Shown: positions 1-10,741 of the stretch, piece after piece
Layout of the letters: each line of letters begins with the position of its first letter
Position numbering within the stretch: the stretch's first letter is position 1
Source: Cupriavidus necator
GTDB taxonomy: Bacteria > Pseudomonadota > Gammaproteobacteria > Burkholderiales > Burkholderiaceae
Direction of reading: 5' to 3'
Assembly: GCF_016127575.1 (NCBI RefSeq)
Contig: NZ_CP066018.1
Location: forward strand, 2,400,001 to 2,432,000
DNA length: 32,000 nt
Translations under genes and position numbers: made by a program
Notes under the pieces: model-generated
Told to the model about the DNA's origin: nothing
Database searches by the model: none
What the model saw: only the letters and a program-made list of their open reading frames with translations

Positions 1-1
1 G

Positions 2-160
2 GGCGAGCGCTTCAACCGCACCATCGTGCAGTACCTGAAGTTCGCGCGCGAGTTCAACAAGCTGTTCCCTGGCTTCGAGACCGACATCCACGGCCTGGTC
101 GAGGACGAGGTCGACGGCAAGACGGCGTACTTTGTCGACTGCGTGAAGCAGGGCGGCTGA
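2..160 (+). CDS. 3' end of an unidentified CDS entering from upstream (last 52 codons)
   Basis: Frame is open from the window edge: GERFNRTIVQYLKFAREFNKLFPGFETDIHGLVEDEVDGKTAYFVDCVKQGG, with TGA at 158-160. Third codon positions are G/C-rich like neighbouring genes, and a hairpin plus T-tract follows. Product not recognised. Confidence 0.45.
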   Translation, partial: GERFNRTIVQYLKFAREFNKLFPGFETDIHGLVEDEVDGKTAYFVDCVKQGG

Positions 161-190
161 GCGCCAGTCCGCGTTCCGCTGACGTGAGCA

Positions 191-220
191 GGGCCCCGCT
201 ATGCGGGGTCCTTTCTTTTG
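191..220 (+). terminator. Intrinsic terminator-like hairpin plus T-tract
   Basis: Stem GGGCCCCGC / GCGGGGTCC (one G.U pair) with loop TAT, followed by TTTCTTTT. It lies between the convergent stops at 160 (+) and 229 (-). Confidence 0.55.
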
Positions 221-228
221 AGGTGGGG

Positions 229-645
229 CTAGGTGAACGGATTCAGCAGCATCGCGCCCGTGCCGCGGAAATCCTCAACATTGCGCGTGACAATGGTCAG
301 GTCATGGATCAGCGCGGTGGCGGCAATGAACTTGTCCAGCGCGTGCTCAGGCCGCGGCGCGCGCAGCTGGCCCCAGACCTGGGCGACGTCGGCATCGACC
401 GGCAACACCAGCCGGCCAAAATCCTCCAGCACGGTCGCCAGCCATTGCTCCAGCAGCTCGGCCTGCGCCGTATCGCCGCGATGGCGGATCAGCGCTACGC
501 CACGCTGGAGCTCGCCCACGGTCAGCGCCGACAGGTAGAGCGCGGCACCTTCCCGCGCCGCCTGCCGGAAGAACGCGCGCACGCCGGGGTTGGCGCGCTC
601 GCGCTTGCGCGTTTCGCTGATGACGTTGGTATCAATCAAATACAC
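229..645 (-). CDS. vapC: PIN-domain toxin, VapC/FitB-like (138 aa, GTG start)
   Basis: The translation starts VYLIDTNVISETRK (PIN N-terminal acidic D) and contains later conserved acidic positions (TVGELQ, ALIHDLTIVTRNVEDF). Its size is typical of PIN toxins. The GTG at 645 overlaps the antitoxin stop by 14 nt. The 232-aa track ORF (to 927) is an out-of-frame-looking 5' extension running through the antitoxin gene. Confidence 0.85.
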   Translation of the reverse strand: MYLIDTNVISETRKRERANPGVRAFFRQAAREGAALYLSALTVGELQRGVALIRHRGDTAQAELLEQWLATVLEDFGRLVLPVDADVAQVWGQLRAPRPEHALDKFIAATALIHDLTIVTRNVEDFRGTGAMLLNPFT

Positions 646-868
646 GCGGCGCCTCGCCTGGATTCTGGATCCGCTCGAAGTCGGCGTCTTGCCCGACGTC
701 CGGGATGCTGGCCAGCACCTCGGCCAGGCTGCGCCGGCGCGTGCCGCCCAGCGCCTGCGCCAGGATGGCGCGGTGCTCGGCCTCGGCGCTGCGGCCGTTG
801 GCGACGGCCCGCTCGCGCAGGCGCTGGACCAGGGATTCATCGATGCCACGAACGAGTAGTGTTGCCAT
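632..868 (-). CDS. vapB: Ribbon-helix-helix antitoxin, VapB/FitA-like (78 aa)
   Basis: MATLLVRGIDESLVQRLRERAVANGRSAEAEHRAILAQAL is a beta-strand/helix/helix pattern typical of Arc/MetJ-type antitoxins. A GAGGAG Shine-Dalgarno lies 6 nt upstream of the ATG at 868, and the gene sits directly upstream of and overlapping the PIN gene. An in-frame upstream ATG at 988 (AGGAGA SD) is a less likely alternative. Confidence 0.8.
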   Translation of the reverse strand: MATLLVRGIDESLVQRLRERAVANGRSAEAEHRAILAQALGGTRRRSLAEVLASIPDVGQDADFERIQNPGEAPRVFD

Positions 869-1154
869 CTTGAGCTCCTCACCATCGGATGGAGCAAGGA
901 TAGCATTGTTATCAATACGGCGGTCACGTATCGACGGCAGGCTGTGCATCGTTGCCGTGTCCGGCCGGTACAAGGGTGTGGTGGGCATGGTGGCTCTCCT
1001 GGGGGTCAGTCTGCTGAACACAGGAGCCAGTCTGGGCCCCGCCGGAGCGCCGGTCGATGAGCCGATTCGCAATCGCGCGCCATGCCTTGCGGCGACACCA
1101 AAGCGCCACCGCGCCACCACCGCCGGACGGCGCCGGGGTGGACCCGCGCCAATG

Positions 1155-1179
1155 AAAAAGCCCCGCGTTGCCGCGGGGC
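1155..1179 (-). terminator. Intrinsic terminator downstream of dctM
   Basis: On the minus strand, GCCCCGCG-gcaa-CGCGGGGC is followed by TTTTT. This is 33 nt after the dctM stop (1212). Confidence 0.65.
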
Positions 1180-1211
1180 TTGCCAGGCTTGCGCGTCCCC
1201 GGGGAGCTGGT

Positions 1212-2927
1212 TCAGCGCTTCTTTTCGAACTCAAACTGCGGCGCGGCCGATTCGCTTTCCGCGGGCGGCTGTGTCGGCAGCTCCAGCGATCCGCCAGCGG
1301 CGGGCTGCGACCCCGGTGCCGGTACCGACAGGCTCGGCGCCGGCTTGGGGCTGGTGCCTCCCAGGTCGAGGCTCAGGTCGCGCGTGATGCTGCGATCCTG
1401 TGCCTTTTGCGTGCCGGTGCTGACCAGGCCGGGGAAGACGATGATCAGCGCCACCATCACCAGCTGGATGACCACGAACGGCACCGAGCCCCAGTAGATA
1501 TCCGAGGTCTTCACCTCGCGCGGCGCGACTGAGCGCAGATAGAACAGCGAGAAGCCGAACGGCGGGTGCATGAACGAGGTCTGCATGTTCACGGCCAGCA
1601 GCACGCCGAACCAGATCAGGTCGATGCCGAGCTTGTCCGCCACCGGGCCGACCAGCGGCACCAGGATAAAGGCCAGCTCGAAGAAGTCCAGGAAGAACGC
1701 CAGCAGGAAGAACAGCACGTTCACCGCGATCAGGAAGCCGGCCTGGCCGCCGGGCAGCGCGGTCAGCAGGTGCTCCACCCAGATATGGCCGTCCACGCCG
1801 TAGAACGTCAGCGAGAACACGCGCGCGCCGATCAGGATGAAGATCACGAAGGCCGACAGCTTGAGCGTCCCTTCCATCGCCTGCCGGGTCAGCCCCAGGT
1901 CAAGGCGGCGCTTCATCAGCGCCAGCACCAGCGCGCCGAGCGCACCCATGCCGCCGCCTTCGGTCGGCGTGGCCACGCCGACGAAGATCGTGCCGAGCAC
2001 CAGGAAGATCAGCGCCAGCGGCGGGATCAGCACGAAGGTGACCTTCTCGGCCATGCGCGACAGCAGGTTCAGCTTCAGCGCCTTGTTGATCACCGCCAGC
2101 ACGAAGGCGAACAGGATGGCCGCGCCGACCGAGATCACCAGCCGCTCATCCAGCGGTGCCTCGGGCTTGTACATCTTGTCCACCGCCACGCCCACCACGA
2201 TCGACAGCGCGGTCAGCACCAGCACCGAGGTGGCGCCGCTCTTGCCGCTGGGTTCGCGGAAGGTGCGCGCCTCGAGCGGCAGCGCCGGCGCCGCGGCCGG
2301 CTTGATCAGCGTGATCAGCAGCACGTAGCCCATGTACAGGCCGGTCAGCACCAGGCCCGGCACGAACGCGCCCTTGTACATGTCGCCGACCGAGCGGCCG
2401 AGCTGGTCGGCCAGCACGATCAGCACCAGCGACGGCGGAATGATCTGCGCCAGCGTGCCCGACGCGGCGATCACACCCGACGCCAGCCGCTTGTCGTACT
2501 TATACTTCAGCATCAGCGGCAGCGAGATCAGCCCCATCGAGATCACCGAGGCCGCCACCACGCCGGTGGTCGCTGCCAGCAGCGCGCCGACGAAGATCAC
2601 GGCATAGGCCAGGCCGCCGCGGATCGGGCCGAACAGCTGGCCGATGGTGTCGAGCAGGTCCTCGGCCATGCCTGAGCGTTCCAGGATCAGGCCCATGAAG
2701 GTGAAGAACGGGATCGCCAGCAGCGTGTCGTTCTCGATGATGCCGAACAAGCGGCTGGGCAGTGCCTGCAGCAGCGCGGGCTGGAGCAAGCCCAGCTCGA
2801 TGCCGACGAAGGCGAACAGCAGACCGTTGGCGGCCAGCGCGAAGGCGATCGGAAAACCCGACAGCAGGAATATGACCAGCGTGCCGAACATGATCGGCGC
2901 CATGTTTTGGATCAGGAATTGCGTCAT
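1212..2927 (-). CDS. dctM: TRAP transporter large permease subunit (DctM family), 571 aa with Pro/Ala-rich C-terminal tail
   Basis: Polytopic membrane protein with DctM-like segments (MAPIMFGTLVIFLLSGFPIAFALA, LLAIPFFTFMG, GGLAYAVIFVGALLAATTG, PPSLVLIV, FMHPPFGFSLFYL). It lies 12 nt downstream of a DctQ-like gene. Confidence 0.9.
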   Translation of the reverse strand: MTQFLIQNMAPIMFGTLVIFLLSGFPIAFALAANGLLFAFVGIELGLLQPALLQALPSRLFGIIENDTLLAIPFFTFMGLILERSGMAEDLLDTIGQLFGPIRGGLAYAVIFVGALLAATTGVVAASVISMGLISLPLMLKYKYDKRLASGVIAASGTLAQIIPPSLVLIVLADQLGRSVGDMYKGAFVPGLVLTGLYMGYVLLITLIKPAAAPALPLEARTFREPSGKSGATSVLVLTALSIVVGVAVDKMYKPEAPLDERLVISVGAAILFAFVLAVINKALKLNLLSRMAEKVTFVLIPPLALIFLVLGTIFVGVATPTEGGGMGALGALVLALMKRRLDLGLTRQAMEGTLKLSAFVIFILIGARVFSLTFYGVDGHIWVEHLLTALPGGQAGFLIAVNVLFFLLAFFLDFFELAFILVPLVGPVADKLGIDLIWFGVLLAVNMQTSFMHPPFGFSLFYLRSVAPREVKTSDIYWGSVPFVVIQLVMVALIIVFPGLVSTGTQKAQDRSITRDLSLDLGGTSPKPAPSLSVPAPGSQPAAGGSLELPTQPPAESESAAPQFEFEKKR

Positions 2928-2939
2928 CGTAGGCGCCTG

Positions 2940-3542
2940 TTATTGTTTTGCCGACGGGCCGGGGCGATTGGCGTCCGCTATCGTCGCGGCGATTTCCGCT
3001 GCGGGGTCGATCGAATGCTTGCGGAATGCGGAGGCCGGCAGCAGGCCCTTCAGGTAGGCGAAGCGCTTGATCAGTTCGGACAGGCCTTGCAGGATCAGCA
3101 GGAAGAAGCCAGCCACGATCAGGAACTTGGCCGGCCAGCGGATCAGGCCGCCGGCATTGCCCGACATTTCATGGCCGACGTAGGACAGCCAGAAGTAGGG
3201 GATCGACAACCACAGAATGATCAGCGTGATCGGCATCAGGAAGAAAATGATGCCAAAGACGTCGATCCACGCCTGGGCGCGCTCGGACAGGCGGCCGGCA
3301 ATGACGTCGATGCGGACATGCTCGTCGCGGCGCAGCGTGTAGGGCGCACCGAGCAGGAACACACCGGCGAACATATACCACTGCAGTTCGAGCCAGGCAT
3401 TGGAGCTGATGCTGAAGGTGTAGCGAATGATGGCGTTGCCTGCGCAGACCAGTACGGCCAGCAGGATCAGCCATTTCGCCCACTGCCCGATGAAATCAGT
3501 CACGGCGTCGATAAGCCGCGAGATCCTCATAAGGAAAGACAT
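2940..3542 (-). CDS. dctQ: TRAP transporter small permease subunit (DctQ family), 200 aa
   Basis: Four-TM small membrane protein (ISRLIDAVTDFIGQWAKWLILLAVLV, RDEHVRIDV motif region) immediately upstream of dctM, the usual QM arrangement. Confidence 0.85.
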   Translation of the reverse strand: MSFLMRISRLIDAVTDFIGQWAKWLILLAVLVCAGNAIIRYTFSISSNAWLELQWYMFAGVFLLGAPYTLRRDEHVRIDVIAGRLSERAQAWIDVFGIIFFLMPITLIILWLSIPYFWLSYVGHEMSGNAGGLIRWPAKFLIVAGFFLLILQGLSELIKRFAYLKGLLPASAFRKHSIDPAAEIAATIADANRPGPSAKQ

Positions 3543-3770
3543 GTGATCGTCCTAGGGATTTTGGGGATACAGGGGTGGCGCGTTAGTCTACGGTGTCAGC
3601 CGCTCCGTATCTTTAGGGTGAATCCCCAGTGCATCACATTTGCACCGATTTCCGCACCAATTAGGTGCGGTTTTCGATGGGATTCGGATATTTCAAGGCC
3701 GAATGTTTACCGGCGGAGAATGACCGCTACTTGCCATAAACCATAGCTAATACGTGCGTTTGCACACAGA

Positions 3771-3801
3771 AAATCAGAACGGGAGCTTGTTGCTCCCGTT
3801 C
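3771..3801 (-). terminator. Intrinsic terminator downstream of argH
   Basis: On the minus strand, GAACGGGAGC-aacaa-GCTCCCGTTC (10-bp perfect stem) is followed by TGATTTTCTGTGTG. This is 31 nt after the argH stop. Confidence 0.6.
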
Positions 3802-3831
3802 ATGGCCGGCGGGTTACCCCTGAAGCGGGGG

Positions 3832-5250
3832 TCAGCCGTTCAGCGTCTTGCGTGCCTCGGCGATGGCGGCGCGCACCTGCGCCGGCGCCGTGCCGCCGAT
3901 ATGGTCGCGCGCGGCGACCGAGCCTTCCAGCGTCAGCACCGCGTGCACGTCGTCGCCGATCAGCGCGGCCTTGTCGCCCAGGCCCGAGACTTCGCGCAGC
4001 TCGGCCACGCTCAGGTCGGCCAGGTCGCACTGGCGGCTGTCGCAGGCGCGCACCGCGTGGGCCACGGCCTCGTGGGCGTCGCGGAAGGGCAGGCCCTTCT
4101 TGACCAGGTAGTCGGCCAGGTCGGTGGCGGTGGCGTAGCCCTGCAGCGCGGCGGCGCGCATCGCTTCGGGCTTGACGGTGATGCCCGGCACCATGTCGGC
4201 AAAGATGCGCAGCGTGTCCACGACGGTATCGACCGTATCGAACAGCGGCTCCTTGTCTTCCTGGTTGTCCTTGTTGTACGCCAGCGGCTGGCCCTTCATC
4301 AGCGTCAGCAGGCCGATCAGGTGGCCGTTGACGCGGCCGGTCTTGCCGCGCGCCAGTTCGGGCACGTCGGGGTTCTTCTTCTGCGGCATGATCGAGCTGC
4401 CGGTGCAGAAACGGTCGGCGATGTCGATAAAGCCCACGCGCGGGCTCATCCACAGCACCAGCTCTTCCGAGAAGCGCGACACGTGGGTCATCACCAGCGC
4501 GGCGGCGGCGCAGAATTCAATGGCGAAGTCGCGGTCCGACACGGCATCTAGCGAGTTGCGGCACACGCCGTCGAAGCCCAGCTGCTGCGCCACGAACTCG
4601 CGGTCGATCGGGTAGCTGGTGCCGGCCAGCGCGGCCGCGCCCAGCGGCAGGCGGTTGACGCGCTTGCGGCAGTCGGCCATGCGCTCGGCATCGCGCGTGA
4701 ACATCTCGTTGTAGGCCAGCAGGTGGTGGCCGAAGGTCACCGGCTGCGCCACCTGCAGGTGGGTGAAGCCGGGCAGGATGGTGTCGGCGTTCTGTTCGGC
4801 CAGGTCCAGCAGCGCGGCGCGCAGCGCGCCCAGCAGCACCATGATGTTGTCGATCTCGCTGCGCAGCCACAGGCGGATGTCGGTGGCGACCTGGTCATTG
4901 CGCGAGCGGCCGGTATGCAGGCGCTTGCCGGCATCGCCCACCAGCGCGGTCAGGCGCGCCTCGATGTTCAGGTGGACGTCTTCCAGGTCCAGCTTCCACT
5001 CGAAGCCGCCGGCCTCGATCTCGGCCTTGATCTGCGCCATGCCGCGCTCGATCTCGGCGCGGTCGGCCTCGGCGATGATGCCCTGCTTTGCCAGCATGGC
5101 CGCGTGGGCCAGCGAGCCCTGGATGTCGAACAGGGCCAGGCGCTTGTCGAAGAACACCGAGGCGGTGTAGCGCTTCACCAGGTCGGACATCGGTTCGGAG
5201 AAGCGGGCGGACCAGGCTTCGCCTTTCTTGGCAAGTTGGGAGGTGGACAT
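3832..5250 (-). CDS. argH: Argininosuccinate lyase (472 aa)
   Basis: [32 protein letters not shown] at the N-terminus. Fumarate-lyase family signatures [12 protein letters not shown] and [15 protein letters not shown] are present. The 672-aa track ORF is an implausible Arg/Gly/Ala-rich 5' extension, and the ATG at 5250 matches the usual ArgH N-terminus. Confidence 0.95.
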   Translation of the reverse strand: MSTSQLAKKGEAWSARFSEPMSDLVKRYTASVFFDKRLALFDIQGSLAHAAMLAKQGIIAEADRAEIERGMAQIKAEIEAGGFEWKLDLEDVHLNIEARLTALVGDAGKRLHTGRSRNDQVATDIRLWLRSEIDNIMVLLGALRAALLDLAEQNADTILPGFTHLQVAQPVTFGHHLLAYNEMFTRDAERMADCRKRVNRLPLGAAALAGTSYPIDREFVAQQLGFDGVCRNSLDAVSDRDFAIEFCAAAALVMTHVSRFSEELVLWMSPRVGFIDIADRFCTGSSIMPQKKNPDVPELARGKTGRVNGHLIGLLTLMKGQPLAYNKDNQEDKEPLFDTVDTVVDTLRIFADMVPGITVKPEAMRAAALQGYATATDLADYLVKKGLPFRDAHEAVAHAVRACDSRQCDLADLSVAELREVSGLGDKAALIGDDVHAVLTLEGSVAARDHIGGTAPAQVRAAIAEARKTLNG

Positions 5251-5393
5251 GGACGTCGGCTGCAGTGGCTCGCGCGGGCAGGCGCCGGCGTGCGGACGGC
5301 GGCGGGCGCGAGAAATTGGGAAACGGCGATTATATCGCCCGCCGGCCCGCTGGCGGCACTGGGTGGCGCTGGCCGGCCCGGCAGCGCCGATCA

Positions 5394-6146
5394 TCAGAGC
5401 CGGCTGTGGATCACAGGCCCCTTGAACACCACCGGGCCGCTTGGCCCGTCGGCATTGGGCGAGCCGCCCGGCGGCTCGATGCTGACCGCCAGCGCGGGCA
5501 CCGCCGCGGGCAGTTGCGCCAGCGCCAGCCGGGCTTCGGGTGCCCGCCCGATCACGCCGAGCGACTGCGGCTTGCCGCCCGCAGGCAGTGCCCACAACTG
5601 CAGTACCTGCTGGTCGCTCAGCGCCAGGTGATCCAGGCGGCGCACGATCAGGCTGCGTGCGCCGGCGTCCCACGACACCAGCATCGCAGGCTGGGCACGG
5701 TCGTCGTTCAGCACGGCGAGGACCTCGGCCGGCGCCGCCTGATCCTGCCGGGCCAGCTGGATGCCGATGCCGACGGCCAGCACCGCCACCATGGCCATTG
5801 CCGCCGCGGCGCCGCGCCAGAACACCGGGGCCGACCACAGGCGCTGCCACCAGCCGTCCGCGGGGCGGGTGTCAGGCGCCGGGCGGTCCGGCTGACTGGC
5901 CGGATCTGCCATTTTCCAGCCGAGGCGATCCTCGATCCCGCACCAGACCTTGTCGACCGGCTCGGCGGCCGCCTGCAACTCGGCCACGCCCGCCAGCCGC
6001 GCCTGCCAGCGGTGGATCGCGGCGCGCACCGCGGGCTCTTCGCGCGCGAGTTGTTCCAGGCGTCGGCGTGCGCCGCCGCGCAGCACCCCCAGCGCGTACT
6101 GCGCGGCGATGCGGTCGAGCAGGTCGGGATGGCTGGCCAGCTTCAT
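5394..6146 (-). CDS. Anti-sigma factor, RskA (anti-sigma-K)-like, single-pass membrane protein (250 aa)
   Basis: N-terminal cytoplasmic helical part ([23 protein letters not shown]), one TM segment ([17 protein letters not shown]), and a periplasmic C-terminus with RskA-type motifs ([31 protein letters not shown]). Its ATG overlaps the sigma-gene stop (ATGA at 6143-6146). Confidence 0.8.
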   Translation of the reverse strand: MKLASHPDLLDRIAAQYALGVLRGGARRRLEQLAREEPAVRAAIHRWQARLAGVAELQAAAEPVDKVWCGIEDRLGWKMADPASQPDRPAPDTRPADGWWQRLWSAPVFWRGAAAAMAMVAVLAVGIGIQLARQDQAAPAEVLAVLNDDRAQPAMLVSWDAGARSLIVRRLDHLALSDQQVLQLWALPAGGKPQSLGVIGRAPEARLALAQLPAAVPALAVSIEPPGGSPNADGPSGPVVFKGPVIHSRL

Positions 6147-6754
6147 GCCGCGCCCTCCATGCAGCTGCGCAGCCGCTCCAGGCCGCGCCGGATCCAGGAC
6201 TTGACCGTCCCCAGCGGCGCGCGCAGGCGGGCGGCCAGCTCGGCGTGGCTCAGGTCCTGCAGGTAGGCCAGCATGATGGCCTGGCGCTGCGGCTGCTCCA
6301 GGCGCTGCAGGCAGCGGTTGAGCGCGCGTGCCTGCTGGCTGGCATCGGCCAGTTCCGCGGGCCCGGCGGTGTCGTCGGCCAGCCACTCGCCCAGGTCTTC
6401 GTCAAGCTCGACCGTCTGCCCGACGCGTGCCGCGCTTGCCCGGCGCAGGCAGTCCAGCGCGCGGTTGCGCACGATCGCGGTCATCCAGGTCATCGGCGCG
6501 GCCAGGTGCGGCCGGTAGTCGCCGGCGTGGTGCCAGATGCTGACAAAGCTTTCCTGCACGACATCCTCCGCCCAATCGCGCCTGCCAGTGATACGCAGCG
6601 CAAGGCCAAACAGTTTCGTCGCGGTGAGGTCATAGAGGCCGCGCAGCGCCTGCCGCTCGCCGATGGCCACGGCCTGGAGCAGGGCCGCAAGCCGCTCGGC
6701 GCCGGGCGGCGCGGCGTAGGTTTCGGCGGAAGGGGACACCGGAGAGGGGGGCAC
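6143..6754 (-). CDS. ECF-type RNA polymerase sigma-70 family factor (203 aa)
   Basis: Region 2 (WAEDVVQESFVSIWHHAGDY, WMTAIVRNRALDCLRR) and region 4 HTH (QAIMLAYLQDLSHAELAARLRAPLGTVKSWIRRGLERLR). It is translationally coupled to the downstream anti-sigma gene. Confidence 0.9.
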   Translation of the reverse strand: MPPSPVSPSAETYAAPPGAERLAALLQAVAIGERQALRGLYDLTATKLFGLALRITGRRDWAEDVVQESFVSIWHHAGDYRPHLAAPMTWMTAIVRNRALDCLRRASAARVGQTVELDEDLGEWLADDTAGPAELADASQQARALNRCLQRLEQPQRQAIMLAYLQDLSHAELAARLRAPLGTVKSWIRRGLERLRSCMEGAA

Positions 6755-6783
6755 CGGGGCGTCTCGCGAAAGGGTGTTGCCGG

Positions 6784-6789
6784 ATTATA
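6784..6789 (-). promoter_or_regulatory. Possible sigma-70 -10 box (TATAAT) for the ECF sigma operon
   Basis: A perfect TATAAT on the minus strand lies about 30 nt upstream of the sigma start codon. There is no convincing -35 (CCAATC at 17-nt spacing). Confidence 0.3.
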
Positions 6790-6800
6790 GGCACGACCTT

Positions 6801-6828
6801 GCATCCGATTGGCCCCGGCGTGCGTATC
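6801..6828 (+). promoter_or_regulatory. Candidate ECF-type promoter (GCATCC-N16-CGTATC) upstream of the ferritin-like gene
   Basis: GCATCC (6801-6806) and CGTATC (6823-6828) are separated by 16 nt. The motif lies about 70 nt upstream of the ATG at 6900 and faces away from the divergent ECF sigma gene. Calling it an ECF-type promoter depends on my unverified recollection of ECF -35/-10 (CGT-containing) architecture. Confidence 0.35.
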
Positions 6829-6899
6829 AGGTGGCAGGCGCACGATGGCGGCCCCGGGCTGCGGGCCGCGGCGCCGTTGATCCCACACAGGAGAACATC

Positions 6900-7526
6900 A
6901 TGGAACGCATGCGCACCACTGCGGTCACGACAGATCCGACCGATTCCCTTGACCGCATTGTGACCGCGCCCGATGCGCGCCGCCGCGGGCTGCTCAAGGC
7001 GCCGGGGCTGTTCGCGCTGGGCTCGCTCGCCGTCATCAGCCTTGGCGAGTCCATGCCGGCCTGGGCGCAGACCCAGTCGGGCAGCACCAGGGACGACATC
7101 AATATCCTGAACACCGCGCTGGGACTGGAATACCAGGCGATCGCGGCCTACCAGGTGGGCGCGGAAAGCGGCCTGCTGCAAAAGCCGGTGCTTGCCACCG
7201 CGGTCAAGTTCCAGGACCACCACAAGGCGCACGCGCAGGTGCTGGCCGGGACGGTGTCAAAGCTGGGCGGCACCCCGGTGGTGGCGAAGAAGGCGTCGGA
7301 ATACACCTTCCCGACTGACAAGCTGAAGACCCAGGCCGATGTGCTGCGCTTTGCCGCGGGGCTGGAGAAGGGCGCCACCGCCGCCTACCTGGGCGTGCTG
7401 CCGAACTTCCACAACCGCGAACTGACCCGCGCCGCCGGCAGCATCCTCGGGGACGAGGCGATGCACTGGGCGGTGCTGCTGCACGCGCTGGGTGAGGATC
7501 CGGTGCCGGGGGCGTTTGTGGGGTGA
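6900..7526 (+). CDS. Tat-exported ferritin-like domain protein (208 aa), function unknown
   Basis: AGGAGA SD lies 6 nt upstream of the ATG at 6900. Twin-arginine signal (DARRRGLLKAPGLFALGSLAVISL, AWAQ cleavage-like site). Repeated ferritin-like four-helix motifs are present (LNTALGLEYQAIAAYQ, FQDHHKAHAQ, LRFAAGLEKGATAAYLG, ILGDEAMHWAVL). Confidence 0.8.
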   Translation: MERMRTTAVTTDPTDSLDRIVTAPDARRRGLLKAPGLFALGSLAVISLGESMPAWAQTQSGSTRDDINILNTALGLEYQAIAAYQVGAESGLLQKPVLATAVKFQDHHKAHAQVLAGTVSKLGGTPVVAKKASEYTFPTDKLKTQADVLRFAAGLEKGATAAYLGVLPNFHNRELTRAAGSILGDEAMHWAVLLHALGEDPVPGAFVG

Positions 7527-7572
7527 GGGGTCAGACTGGCGCCATTTGAAAGAGCTGCCGCCCGATGTGGAC

Positions 7573-7604
7573 GCGCCCCTCTCCCGCACGCGGGAGAGGG
7601 GCGC
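7573..7604. repeat. REP-like perfect palindrome (14-bp stem, 4-nt loop) between convergent genes
   Basis: GCGCCCCTCTCCCG-cacg-CGGGAGAGGGGCGC. It sits between the ferritin-like gene stop (7526) and the ppc stop (7629). A degenerate second copy occurs at 15117-15153. It may act as a bidirectional terminator or mRNA stabiliser. Confidence 0.6.
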
Positions 7605-7628
7605 AAACCGGCAGCACTCTGACGCCAA

Positions 7629-10667
<3,039 letters not shown>

Positions 10668-10741
10668 GCAATCTCCTCGTTCTGCTTCTAGCTTATCTAT
10701 TGGTGCGGAGGGACTATTGGGTCGCGTGCTACCATTGACGC

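Noticed and set aside
869-988. Extended VapB (118 aa) starting at the ATG at 988 with an AGGAGA SD.
   Set aside because: RHH antitoxins begin with the beta-strand at the very N-terminus (MATLLVRG), and the ATG at 868 has its own GAGGAG SD. The extra 40 aa have no recognisable fold signal. It is kept as an alternative in the vapBC finding.
5251-5850. 5' extension of the argH ORF, giving a 672-aa track ORF.
   Set aside because: The extension is Arg/Gly/Ala/Pro-rich nonsense that overlaps the anti-sigma gene region. The ATG at 5250 gives the canonical ArgH N-terminus.
10697-10720. CTATTGG direct repeat (10697-10703 and 10714-10720) in the 74-bp ppc/hemC divergent intergenic region.
   Set aside because: It is a short 7-mer pair that could be chance. 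There is no known regulator motif I can tie it to. It is noted only as a possible operator.
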